Shown one piece after another: positions 19,018-28,320 of a stretch of 64,000 nt of DNA; the first letter of the stretch is position 1; every line of letters begins with the position of its first letter. The DNA comes from Patescibacteria group bacterium (lineage in GTDB: Bacteria; Patescibacteriota; Patescibacteriia; JAXHNJ01): contig JAXHNJ010000001.1 in NCBI GenBank assembly GCA_034520665.1, positions 66,579-130,578 of the forward strand. Reading direction: 5' to 3'. The notes beneath the pieces are model-generated. The model searched no databases. It worked only from the letters and a program-made list of their open reading frames with translations, and was not told the DNA's origin. Position numbers and translations under genes: made by a program.

Positions 19018-19203
19018 ATGGCTAAAAAATCAGTGATAGCAAGATCAAAAAAGAAACCCAAATATTCTACCCGCCAGGTGAATCGTTGTTGGCGCTGCGG
19101 TCGTAAAAGGGGTTATATGAGGAAATTTGGTCTTTGCCGTATTTGTTTTCGGGAGTTAGCTAACAAAAATGAAATCCCGGGTATTAAAAAATCATCTTGG
19201 TAA
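19018..19203 (+). CDS. rpsN: 30S ribosomal protein uS14, zinc-binding type
   Basis: RCWRCGR..CRICFR. Confidence 0.98.
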   Translation: MAKKSVIARSKKKPKYSTRQVNRCWRCGRKRGYMRKFGLCRICFRELANKNEIPGIKKSSW

Positions 19204-19251
19204 ATAAAATATTTATACTAATTAATTAATTTATTCTTAATAAAAAATTCT

Positions 19252-19641
19252 ATGACTGATCCAATTGCTGATATGTTATCACGAATAAGAAATGGCCTTT
19301 TAGCTAAAAAGTCAGAAATTATTTTTCCGTATTCAAATATAAAATTTGAAATTGCAAAAATTTTAGCTGAAAGAGGCTGGATTGAAAGTGCCAATAAAAT
19401 AGAAGATAAATTTGATAAAATAAAAATAGTATTAAAATATGATGAAGATAAAAAGCCGGCCATTACTTCTATAAAGAGAGTAAGTAAACCCGGACGTCGT
19501 ATTTATGTACCAAAGGATAAATTGCCGATTGTACTTAATAATTATGGTGAAGCAATAATTTCTACATCAAGAGGTCTAATGACTAATAAAAAAGCCAGAA
19601 AAGAAAAAGTCGGCGGAGAAATAATTTGTGAAATTTATTAA
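19252..19641 (+). CDS. rpsH: 30S ribosomal protein uS8
   Basis: DPIADMLSRIRN, SKPGRRIY. Confidence 0.99.
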   Translation: MTDPIADMLSRIRNGLLAKKSEIIFPYSNIKFEIAKILAERGWIESANKIEDKFDKIKIVLKYDEDKKPAITSIKRVSKPGRRIYVPKDKLPIVLNNYGEAIISTSRGLMTNKKARKEKVGGEIICEIY

Positions 19642-19649
19642 TAAAATTT

Positions 19650-20204
19650 ATGTCTAGAATAGGTAAATTACCCATAAAATTTGGAGATGAAATAGAAATT
19701 AATTTAAAGGAGCATACTTTAGAAGTGAAAGGTCCCAAGGGTAAACTTGAACAAAAAATACATTCACATATTTCCTTAGATATTAAGGATGATGAGATTG
19801 TAGTTAAGGTAAGAAATCCTCAGGAAAAAAAAGACCGGGCACTTTGGGGGTTATTCAGAGCTTTAATAGACAATATGGTTCAGGGTGTGAAAGAAGGCTT
19901 TGAAAAAAAGTTAGAAATCAATGGTGTTGGTTATAAAGCAAAAGTGAGCGATCATAAATTAACTCTTAATTTGGGTTATTCTCATTCTATTGAATATAAC
20001 TTTCCAGAAGATATTGAAATAAAGGTGGATAAGAATATTGTCACTGTAGCTGGCCCGGATCGTCAAAAAGTAGGACAAGTAGCGGCTGAAATTAGAAGAT
20101 TTAGAAAACCAGAGCCTTACAAAGGTAAAGGTATTAAGTATGTCGATGAAGTCATTCGCCGTAAAGCTGGTAAAGCCGCTAAAGGAGATGAAGACGGGGC
20201 TTAA
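19650..20204 (+). CDS. rplF: 50S ribosomal protein uL6
   Basis: MSRIGK, PEPYKGKGI. Confidence 0.99.
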   Translation: MSRIGKLPIKFGDEIEINLKEHTLEVKGPKGKLEQKIHSHISLDIKDDEIVVKVRNPQEKKDRALWGLFRALIDNMVQGVKEGFEKKLEINGVGYKAKVSDHKLTLNLGYSHSIEYNFPEDIEIKVDKNIVTVAGPDRQKVGQVAAEIRRFRKPEPYKGKGIKYVDEVIRRKAGKAAKGDEDGA

Positions 20205-20224
20205 GTTTAATTTAAAACAAATTT

Positions 20225-20611
20225 ATGAGAAAACTTAAAGATAAAAAGTTAAAAAGAAAAAAAAGAAAGATAAGAATAAGATCTAAAATTTTTGGCACGG
20301 CTAAGAAGCCCAGACTAAATGTTTATAAAAGTAATAAGCATATTTATGCTCAGCTTATTGATGATAAAAAAAATAAAACAATAGTTTCGGTTTCCGATAT
20401 GAATACAGACAAAGCTAAAATTTCTAAAGAAAAAAAAGAAAAGGAAGAAAATTCTGGTCAGAAAGCAGCTTTTTTGGTAGGACAAAAAATTGGCCAAAAA
20501 GCTCTTAAAAAAAATATCAAAAATGTGGTATTTGATCGAGGCGGTTTTAAATACCACGGCCAAGTAAAATCTTTAGCTGAAGGGGCCCGGAAGGCCGGAT
20601 TAATTTTTTAA
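20225..20611 (+). CDS. rplR: 50S ribosomal protein uL18
   Basis: [28 protein letters not shown]. Confidence 0.98.
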   Translation: MRKLKDKKLKRKKRKIRIRSKIFGTAKKPRLNVYKSNKHIYAQLIDDKKNKTIVSVSDMNTDKAKISKEKKEKEENSGQKAAFLVGQKIGQKALKKNIKNVVFDRGGFKYHGQVKSLAEGARKAGLIF

Positions 20612-20620
20612 ATAAATATT

Positions 20621-21178
20621 ATGAAAAAAAGATTTAAAAAGCATAGAGATAAAAATTTTAAAAAGCGAGAATATGAACAAAATGTTATTGAAATTGCTCG
20701 TATTTCCCGCGTAGTGGCTGGTGGCCGAAGAATGCGTTTTCGCGCCTGCATGGTTATTGGTGATATGAAGGGTAAAATCGGTCTCGGCGTAAAAAAAGGA
20801 GCTGATGTAGCCACGGCTATTAATAAGGCGGTTAATGCGGCCAAGAAAGAAATGATAAAAGTAAAAACTATTGACGAGACTATTCCTCATGAAATGCGGG
20901 TAAAATATAAATCAGCTAAGGTTTTAATAAAACCAGCTCCTAAGGGTACTGGTATTATTGCTGGCGGAGCTGTTAGGGCTGCTTTAGAATTAACTGGTAT
21001 TAAAAATATTGTAGCAAAAATGATCGGTTCAAAAAATAAGATTAACAACGTTAAAGCCTTAATAAAGGCTTTAAAAGAATTAAAAGAACCCAGAAAAGAA
21101 AAAAATACCAAGAAAAAAGAAAAGGAATCTAAAAAAGAGTCTCCAGAAAAAAATGATAAAGATAGGATTAAAAAATAA
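20621..21178 (+). CDS. rpsE: 30S ribosomal protein uS5
   Basis: RVVAGGRR, PAPKGTGIIAGG. Confidence 0.98.
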   Translation: MKKRFKKHRDKNFKKREYEQNVIEIARISRVVAGGRRMRFRACMVIGDMKGKIGLGVKKGADVATAINKAVNAAKKEMIKVKTIDETIPHEMRVKYKSAKVLIKPAPKGTGIIAGGAVRAALELTGIKNIVAKMIGSKNKINNVKALIKALKELKEPRKEKNTKKKEKESKKESPEKNDKDRIKK

Positions 21179-21621
21179 TGGAAATTACTTTAGATAATTT
21201 AAAAAATCCCAATAAAAAGAAAAAAAGAAGAAAGGGTCGCGGCGATTCCTCTGGCCGTGGTACTTATTCCGGGCGTGGACAAAAGGGACAGAAATCAAGA
21301 TCAGGTGGGCAAAAAGGTCTTCGTTGGCTTGGTTTAAGACAAACCTTAAAAAGAATACCTAAAAAGAGAGGATTTAAAAGTTTTTATCCAAAAATGTCAG
21401 TTATTAATATTGGTGATTTAGATAAGCATTTTGATGATGGAGAAATAATCAATCAAAAGAAATTACTAAAAATGGATTTGGTTAATTATTCCCCACGAGG
21501 TTTAAAAGTTCTTGGTCAGGGTAAAATAAATAAAAAATTGATTGTTAAGGCCAAAGCCTTTTCTAAATCGGCTAAAGAAGCTATAGTTAAGGCAGGCGGT
21601 CAAGCGGAAGAAATAAAATAA
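21178..21621 (+). CDS. rplO: 50S ribosomal protein uL15
   Basis: GRGDSSGRGTYSGRGQKGQKSRSG. Confidence 0.97.
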   Translation: MEITLDNLKNPNKKKKRRKGRGDSSGRGTYSGRGQKGQKSRSGGQKGLRWLGLRQTLKRIPKKRGFKSFYPKMSVINIGDLDKHFDDGEIINQKKLLKMDLVNYSPRGLKVLGQGKINKKLIVKAKAFSKSAKEAIVKAGGQAEEIK

Positions 21622-21629
21622 TATAATAT

Positions 21630-22901
21630 ATGCTGGAAAAATTATCGCAAATTTGGCGGGTTAAAGAAATAAGAAATAAAATATTATATGTTTTATTCAT
21701 TCTTTTAATATTCAGACTCGCGGCTCATATTCCTATTCCGGGAGTAGATATTGAAGGTTTGAAATCATTTTTTGAGTCAAATCAGCTTTTGGGTCTGGCT
21801 AATCTTTTCTCTGGCGGAGCCATGAGTAACTTTTCTGTAGTTATGCTCGGTATTGCTCCTTATATTACTTCATCTATTATTTTTCAGCTTTTGACCGTTA
21901 TTGTGCCTCGTTTGGCCGAGTTGCAAAAAGAAGAATCAGGTCGGCAAAAAATTAATCAATGGCAGAGAATGTTAACGGTGCCCCTAGCTATTGTCCAGTC
22001 TTATGCCACTATTCATATTCTTAAACAGCAAGGACAGGGCATAATTACCGGTTTGGATGGATTTAATTTAGTAGTAGCTATTGTTACTATTACCGCTGGC
22101 AGTTTGTTTTTGATGTGGTTAGGTGAGCTTATTTCCGAAAAGAAAATTGGCAATGGTATTTCCCTATTAATTTTTGCCGGTATTATTGCTCGTTTTCCTC
22201 AGCAAATAAGCCAGACCATTGTTACTTTTACAGCGGCCAATGTTATTAATCTGATGGTCTTAGTCTTTATTGGTTTAGTTACTATTGCTGGGGTGGTTTA
22301 TATTACTCAGGGTCAGAGAAACATTCCGGTTTCCTATGCCCGACGTATCCGAGGCAATAAAATGTATGGTGGAGTTAATACGCATCTGCCTTTACGAGTT
22401 AACCAGGCCGGAGTTATTCCTATTATTTTTGCTCTTTCTTTTGTTTTGATACCACCTTTGATAGCTCAGTTTTTTGTTGAAAGCGGTAATTACTGGGTGG
22501 CTACTATTGCTGAATGGGTAGTTATTAATTTTAAAGGGGGACTAGTTTATGGCGTTTTATATTTTACTTTTGTTGTAGCTTTTACTTATTTTTATACCAC
22601 GGTAGTTTTTCATCCTGATCAGATAGCTGACAATTTACAGAAACAAGGGGGTTTTATACCCGGTATCAGACCTGGTCGTAATACAGCCGAATTTTTAAAT
22701 TATGTTTCTAATCGCATTATTTTAGGTGGCGCTCTTTTCCTCGGTGTTATTGCTGTTTTACCGACTATTTTACAATCAGCTACTAATATTAGCACTTTAA
22801 CTATTGGCGGCACCAGTCTTTTGATTATTGTTTCGGTGGTTATACAAACAGTTAAACAAATAGAGTCCCAGCTGGTTATGCGTGATTATGAAGGTTTTTA
22901 G
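21630..22901 (+). CDS. secY: Preprotein translocase SecY
   Basis: LGIAPYITSSII, GNGISLLIFAGI, IPGIRPG. Confidence 0.99.
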   Translation: MLEKLSQIWRVKEIRNKILYVLFILLIFRLAAHIPIPGVDIEGLKSFFESNQLLGLANLFSGGAMSNFSVVMLGIAPYITSSIIFQLLTVIVPRLAELQKEESGRQKINQWQRMLTVPLAIVQSYATIHILKQQGQGIITGLDGFNLVVAIVTITAGSLFLMWLGELISEKKIGNGISLLIFAGIIARFPQQISQTIVTFTAANVINLMVLVFIGLVTIAGVVYITQGQRNIPVSYARRIRGNKMYGGVNTHLPLRVNQAGVIPIIFALSFVLIPPLIAQFFVESGNYWVATIAEWVVINFKGGLVYGVLYFTFVVAFTYFYTTVVFHPDQIADNLQKQGGFIPGIRPGRNTAEFLNYVSNRIILGGALFLGVIAVLPTILQSATNISTLTIGGTSLLIIVSVVIQTVKQIESQLVMRDYEGF

Positions 22902-22960
22902 TTTGAAAATCAATTTTTGAGGAGTGATTATTAAATGTATATGAGAAAAAAATAAGGCAT

Positions 22961-22987
22961 AAAGCGGGCCTAATCTCCGCTTTTTTA
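22961..22987 (+). terminator. Intrinsic terminator after secY
   Basis: aaagcgg..ccgc followed by T-run. Confidence 0.55.
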
Positions 22988-23015
22988 AATTTATAAATAT
23001 TGTTATAATAAAGCT

Positions 23016-23669
23016 ATGAAGAAGAAAGTAAAAAAAATAATCGTGCTAGGGCCTCAGGGTTCAGGTAAAGATACTCAGTCAGAAAAGCTTTCAAAGGAAT
23101 TAAAGATCCCTTTTTTTGGTATGGGAGATATTTTTCGACAGGAGTTAAAGAATAAAACTAAAATAGGTAAAAAAGTAGCTGATTTAATTAATAAGGGCCA
23201 ATTAGTGCCTGATAAAATTGCTTTGGAGTTATTAAAAAAAAGACTGGCCAAAAAAAAGGCCCAAAAAGGTTTTATTTTAAACGGTTTTCCCAGAAATATT
23301 AATCAGGCCAAAATGCTAGAAAAGGTAGTAATTATTGATTTGGTTATGGAAATATATATTTCAGATAAAGAAGGAATTCACCGTCTTTCCGGACGTCGAG
23401 TTTGTCCAGTTTGCGGAGCTACTTTTCATATCAAGTATAAACCGCCAAAAGAAGAAAATATTTGTGATTATTGCGGGGCTGAGCTTATAGTCAGAGAAGA
23501 TGATAAAGAGCAAGCCATTAAAAAAAGATTAAAAATTTATCACCAAAGAACAGAGCCGGTATTTGATTATTACCGCCAAAAGGGTCTTTATCTTAAAATT
23601 AATGGTGAACAAACAATTAATAATGTTTTTAAAGAAATTATAAATAAATTAAAAAAAATAATAGAATAA
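23016..23669 (+). CDS. adk: Adenylate kinase (Zn-lid type)
   Basis: GPQGSGKDTQ, GFPR, CPVC..CDYC. Confidence 0.95.
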   Translation: MKKKVKKIIVLGPQGSGKDTQSEKLSKELKIPFFGMGDIFRQELKNKTKIGKKVADLINKGQLVPDKIALELLKKRLAKKKAQKGFILNGFPRNINQAKMLEKVVIIDLVMEIYISDKEGIHRLSGRRVCPVCGATFHIKYKPPKEENICDYCGAELIVREDDKEQAIKKRLKIYHQRTEPVFDYYRQKGLYLKINGEQTINNVFKEIINKLKKIIE

Positions 23670-23671
23670 AA

Positions 23672-24418
23672 ATGGTTATTATAAAAACAACTAAAGAAAT
23701 CGAAATAATAAGAGAGGGCGGAAAAATTTTAGCAGAAGTGATAAATACTTTAGTTAAAAAATCAAAACCTGGAATTTCCACTTTAGAATTGGATAAAATA
23801 GCTGATAAATTAATGCATGAAAAAGGCGGTCAGCCTTCTTTTAAAGGCTATCAGGGTTTTCCGGCTGCTATTTGTGCCTCTCTTAATGATGAAGTAGTTC
23901 ATGGTATACCCTCCGAGGATAAAATTTTAAAAGAGGGTGATATTTTTAGTATTGATGCTGGAATGCAATACAAAGGTCTTTATACTGATATGTCCCGTAC
24001 TATTAATATTGGCCGAACTTCAAAAAAAGCCAAAAGATTAGTTAATACGACCAAAAAAGCTTTAGAGCTGGGACTAAGACAAATTAGAGCCGGAAATCAG
24101 ATTGGGGACATTTCTTTTGCTATTCAAGATTATGCTGAGTCAAATGGCTTTGGGGTAGTTAGAAGTTTAGTCGGCCATGGAGTGGGTAAAAAAGTGCATG
24201 AAGAGCCAAAAATTCCTAATTATGGAGAAAAAGCCACCGGTCCTATTTTGGAAGAGGGTATGGTTCTGGCTATTGAGCCGATGCTAACAGCTGGAAATTA
24301 TGAAGTGAGTATTGATGAGGATGGATGGACAGCCCGCACAAAAGATGGCTTATTATCGGCTCATTTTGAAGACACAGTGGCTGTTACTAAAAATGGTTAC
24401 TCACTATTAACAAAATAA
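23672..24418 (+). CDS. map: Methionine aminopeptidase type I
   Basis: VVHGIP, GHGVG..HEEP, AIEPM, SAHFEDT. Confidence 0.97.
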   Translation: MVIIKTTKEIEIIREGGKILAEVINTLVKKSKPGISTLELDKIADKLMHEKGGQPSFKGYQGFPAAICASLNDEVVHGIPSEDKILKEGDIFSIDAGMQYKGLYTDMSRTINIGRTSKKAKRLVNTTKKALELGLRQIRAGNQIGDISFAIQDYAESNGFGVVRSLVGHGVGKKVHEEPKIPNYGEKATGPILEEGMVLAIEPMLTAGNYEVSIDEDGWTARTKDGLLSAHFEDTVAVTKNGYSLLTK

Positions 24419-24421
24419 CCT

Positions 24422-24841
24422 ATGTCTAAACTTCTTGGTATTGATTATGGTAAAAAAAGAATTGGCCTGGCAGTCTCGGATGAAGAAGAAAAATTTTCTT
24501 TTGCCCGGGAGACCCTAGAGAACAAATCTAAAATTAATATTTTCGATGAATTACAAAAATATTGTATTGAAGAAGAAATAAAAAAAATTATTATTGGTTT
24601 GCCTTTAAATATGAAAGGACAGGCCAGTGAATGGACTGAAGAAGTAAAGAAATTTAAAAAAAATTTAGAAAATAAATTAAATATACCTTGCCAGTTTCAA
24701 GACGAAAGAATGACTTCTCGTTTGAGTCATAATCTTTTTCAGAATAAAAAAGTAAGCCAAAAAGTTTCTAAAAATAAAATTAATGAACAATCAGCCCGAA
24801 TAATTCTACAGGATTATATTGATCGTCAAAGCTTAAAATAA
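24422..24841 (+). CDS. ruvX: YqgF/RuvX RNase H-fold nuclease
   Basis: LGIDYGKKRIGLAVSD, GLP, DERMTS. Confidence 0.93.
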   Translation: MSKLLGIDYGKKRIGLAVSDEEEKFSFARETLENKSKINIFDELQKYCIEEEIKKIIIGLPLNMKGQASEWTEEVKKFKKNLENKLNIPCQFQDERMTSRLSHNLFQNKKVSQKVSKNKINEQSARIILQDYIDRQSLK

Positions 24842-24842
24842 T

Positions 24843-25934
24843 ATGAATTATTATAATTACATTTTTTCTTTTTTATTAGCTTTTATTTTTTCTGTAATTT
24901 TCACTTATTTTATAAAAAAAATAGCTAAAGGCAAGAAAATTATTGACAGACCCCAAGAGGCTCCCGAAAGAAAAGTTCAAAAAAAACCAATCCCACTTCT
25001 TGGTGGTTTGGCTATTTTTTTCTCTTTTTTTCTAACTATTTTATTTTTTAAAAATTTAATTATCACTGAGAATATTCAGCCTAAGTATATTTGGGGGTTA
25101 TTAGCGGCTTCTGGCCTGATAATGCTAGGCGGTTATTTGGACGATAAATACTCGCTTAAAGCTAAATATCAAATAATTTGGCCTATTTTAGCTATTTTAG
25201 TGGTTATTGCCTCGGGTATTGGTGTTACCTATATTTCTAACCCTTTAGGGGGTTTTTTATGGTTAGACACTATTAATGTCGATTTTATAAAAATAGGCCA
25301 GACAGTTTATCAATTTACACTGCTAGCTGATATTTTTTCTTTTGTCTGGCTTTTAGGTATGATGTATACCACCAAATTTTTAGATGGCTTGGACGGGCTT
25401 TTGTCAGGGGTAACAGTTATTGGTTCGGTTATTATTTTTATCCTTAGTTTAAGTAAAGATGTTTCCCAGCCGGGCACGGCCATGATCTGTGCCATATTGG
25501 CTGGCAGTGCTCTCGGTTTTCTTATTTTCAATTGGCATCCAGCTAAAGTATTTTTAGGCGAGGGAGGTAGTTTATTTTGTGGATTTATGTTAGGAATTTT
25601 AGCTATTATTTCCGGCGGTAAAATAGCTACAGCCTTATTAATTATGGGCCTACCTATTTTAGATGTTATCTGGGTTATTATAAGGCGGCTGCTTTTTAAA
25701 AAAGGTAAAATTTTCTCAGCTGATAAAAAGCATTTACATTTTAGACTTTTAGATGTTGGTTTTTCTCATCAGGGAGCGGTTATCTTTCTTTATTTTTTAA
25801 CCCTTGTTTTTGGTTCTACCACTTTATTTTTTAGAGGCTTTTCTAAGTTAATAAGTCTAGTAGTTTTGGTTTTTTTTATGCTTATTTTAGGCTTGGTTTT
25901 GGTATTTGTTTATAGAAAAAGAAGATTTTCCTAA
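24843..25934 (+). CDS. WecA/TagO-like polyprenyl-phosphate HexNAc-1-P transferase (MraY family)
   Basis: PLLGGLAI, GYLDD, DGLDGL, FNWHPAKVFLGEGG, HLHFRL. Confidence 0.92.
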   Translation: MNYYNYIFSFLLAFIFSVIFTYFIKKIAKGKKIIDRPQEAPERKVQKKPIPLLGGLAIFFSFFLTILFFKNLIITENIQPKYIWGLLAASGLIMLGGYLDDKYSLKAKYQIIWPILAILVVIASGIGVTYISNPLGGFLWLDTINVDFIKIGQTVYQFTLLADIFSFVWLLGMMYTTKFLDGLDGLLSGVTVIGSVIIFILSLSKDVSQPGTAMICAILAGSALGFLIFNWHPAKVFLGEGGSLFCGFMLGILAIISGGKIATALLIMGLPILDVIWVIIRRLLFKKGKIFSADKKHLHFRLLDVGFSHQGAVIFLYFLTLVFGSTTLFFRGFSKLISLVVLVFFMLILGLVLVFVYRKRRFS

Positions 25935-25963
25935 CTTAGGCGTATATAAAATAATAATATTAT

Positions 25964-26467
25964 ATGAAAATAAGTATATTAATAATAGTAGCTATTTTTT
26001 TTGGAGTTTTATTCTGGTCTATAGCCAGCGAAGATTTAAGCCAGGATATCACTTTTTATTATAAAAAACTACTGGGCCAAACTACTACCATAGAAATAAA
26101 TAACAGTAAATTTGAGGTAGAAATAGCTCGCTCTTCTTCAGAAAAAAGAAAAGGTCTTTCCAAAAGGGATGACCTCAAAGAAAAACGAGGTATGATTTTT
26201 CTAAATAATAAAGAAGATTTATATTCCTTTTGGATGAAGGATGTTAAATTTCCTTTGGATATAATCTGGATAAAAGACGATAAGATTATTGGTCTTGAAA
26301 AAAATGTGCCAATAGAAACTGATAAGGATTATAAAAAATATATACCGCCTCAGCCAGTGGATAAAATTCTTGAACTAAAGGGGGGAGTTAGCCAAAAATA
26401 TAATATAAAAGTAGGGGATAAAGTAAATTTTTCTAAAAATTTATGGGGGCTTGACGTTTTACCGTAA
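25964..26467 (+). CDS. DUF192-family protein
   Basis: VEIA..KGLS..GMIF..FWMKDVKFPLDIIW..LELKGG. Confidence 0.9.
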   Translation: MKISILIIVAIFFGVLFWSIASEDLSQDITFYYKKLLGQTTTIEINNSKFEVEIARSSSEKRKGLSKRDDLKEKRGMIFLNNKEDLYSFWMKDVKFPLDIIWIKDDKIIGLEKNVPIETDKDYKKYIPPQPVDKILELKGGVSQKYNIKVGDKVNFSKNLWGLDVLP

Positions 26468-26479
26468 TTAATGTATTAT
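26451..26479 (+). promoter_or_regulatory. Sigma70 promoter of rplU
   Basis: TTGACG-17 bp-TATTAT. Confidence 0.55.
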
Positions 26480-26511
26480 GTAAATTAATAAATTAATGTT
26501 TTTAAAATATT

Positions 26512-26820
26512 ATGTTAGCCATTATTAAAACCGGAGGTAAGCAATATAAAGTAAAAAAAGGTGATAAGATCCGGGTAGAAAAATTGAATAAGAAAGAAGG
26601 AGCTGAAGTAACTTTTTCCGATGTTTTACTTACCGGCGACAATAAAAAAATTAATCTTGGACAGCCAAAAGTAAAATCAAGCAAAGTCAAAGCTAAAGTT
26701 TTAAAGAACGGCAAAGCCAAAAAGATTGATGTTATTAAGTATAAAAATAAGATCCGTTATCGAAAAAAAATCGGACATCGCCAATTTTTTACTGAAGTTG
26801 AGATATTATCGATTAATTAA
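26512..26820 (+). CDS. rplU: 50S ribosomal protein bL21
   Basis: AIIKTGGKQYKV, GHRQ. Confidence 0.98.
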   Translation: MLAIIKTGGKQYKVKKGDKIRVEKLNKKEGAEVTFSDVLLTGDNKKINLGQPKVKSSKVKAKVLKNGKAKKIDVIKYKNKIRYRKKIGHRQFFTEVEILSIN

Positions 26821-26836
26821 AAGTTATCTATAAATA

Positions 26837-26871
26837 AAAAAGATGTTTTTTGATTCAAAGCATCTTTTTTT
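26837..26871 (+). terminator. Terminator after rplU (possibly bidirectional)
   Basis: aaaaagatg...catcttttttt. Confidence 0.55.
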
Positions 26872-27274
26872 GTAATAAAAAAGCACCCAAATTTATAAAT
26901 GGGGGCCATAATAATTTAAAATAAAAATCTTTTTAACTCCCTTCTTTATTCCTTTTGATTATATTTTCAGAGGTTTCTTTTAATTGTTTTCATAAAAACT
27001 AGCATTAATTTATGTTTAATAACCCCTTTTGCGGAGATAAATTTCCGCTTACGCGACGGGTGGAAAAAAGTGTTTCCTTCTATGGGATTTGACCGAATAA
27101 ATAACGTCGGTTTTTCTAATCTGTGCTTCTTGGTTATTTTAATTTTAATATTCAAGGTTAAAGCAAAAATTTTGACTTACCTTTAATAAGTAGAACAGGT
27201 TAAGCTTGTTCTGCTAACTGCATCAACAGGTGGGCTGGGAACTTGGTCTAGTCAATTTTTAGTTTATAAATCTT

Positions 27275-27874
27275 TTAAACTTTTTTACGGTCATTTAAAG
27301 CGTTAGACAGGGTAATTTCGTCAGCATATTCCAATTCAGAACCCATAGCCAGCCCGCGGCCTAGCTGAGTAATTTTTAGATTAAAAGGGGATAGCAATTT
27401 TTTAATATGCAGAGAGGTGGATTCACCTTCTATGTCAGGATTAAGGGCCAGAATAATTTCATTTATATTATTTTTCTCAACCCTTTTAAGTAATTCATTT
27501 ATTTTTAATTTTTGGGGGGTAATACCTTCGGGTGGGTTTAGAGTACCATGTAGTACATGGTAAGTACCTTGATATTGACTAGTTTTTTCAATGGCTAAAA
27601 CATCCTGTGGCTGAGCCACAATACAAATAATATTTTTATCCCGGGCTGAAGAAACGCAAATAGGGCAAGGGTCTTCTTTTGAAAAATTCTGACAAACTGA
27701 ACATTGTTTAATTTCTGTTTTTATATTTTCAATAGCCAGCCCTAAATTCTTTAATTCATGCGGAGGTTGTTTTAATAAATAAAAAACAAAGCGCTCGGCT
27801 GATTTACGGCCAATACCAGGGAGTTTATTAAACTCAGTGATTAAGTTTTCAATAGCCTCGGGATATTTTGACAT
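27275..27874 (-). CDS. recR: Recombination mediator RecR
   Basis: LPGIGRKSAER, C4 zinc finger, Toprim EGEST, ELEYAD. Confidence 0.97.
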   Translation of the reverse strand: MSKYPEAIENLITEFNKLPGIGRKSAERFVFYLLKQPPHELKNLGLAIENIKTEIKQCSVCQNFSKEDPCPICVSSARDKNIICIVAQPQDVLAIEKTSQYQGTYHVLHGTLNPPEGITPQKLKINELLKRVEKNNINEIILALNPDIEGESTSLHIKKLLSPFNLKITQLGRGLAMGSELEYADEITLSNALNDRKKV

Positions 27875-27883
27875 GGATTTTTT

Positions 27884-28186
27884 TTACATCCCTGGCAGAT
27901 TCATGCCCTCTAAACCTCCCAGACCCTGCATTTTTCGGGCCGCAGCCATTTGTGATTTTTTAATAGCGTCAGCCAGACAAGCTTTTATACCTTTTTCTAA
28001 GTCTTCTTTTTTATCCGGGTTTAGCATCTCAGGGCTAATATCAACACTTAAGATTTTTTGATTACCATCCATGACCATATTTATTTTATCTTTCCAGTCA
28101 GCCTTAACCGTTTCTTCGGCCAATTGCTCTTTAAGTTGTTTAGCCTGATCTCTTAAATTTTTGAATTGTTTAATTTTATTAAACAT
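27884..28186 (-). CDS. ybaB: YbaB/EbfC nucleoid-associated protein
   Basis: Size, DGNQKILSVDI, adjacent to recR. Confidence 0.9.
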   Translation of the reverse strand: MFNKIKQFKNLRDQAKQLKEQLAEETVKADWKDKINMVMDGNQKILSVDISPEMLNPDKKEDLEKGIKACLADAIKKSQMAAARKMQGLGGLEGMNLPGM

Positions 28187-28320
28187 AAAATATTAAAAAA
28201 TTAATTATTAAGACTTTAGTATTATACCATAAATTGGTTATAAAAAAAAGAGATTATTTTATCTCTTATAATTTAAAAACATTTTCTAACAGTTTCAACA
28301 GTTTGAATAATTATAACATA

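Noticed and set aside
8980-21111. Many antisense or alternate-frame ORFs over fusA, tuf and r-protein genes (similar ones over dnaB, purBH, ATPase, serpin, gap)
   Set aside because: Overlap well-supported genes and show no motifs.
26967-27270. 62-aa TTG-start ORF and hairpin agtagaacagg/cttgttctgct
   Set aside because: No SD, no recognisable protein or RNA family; cannot be supported, though an ncRNA is not excluded.
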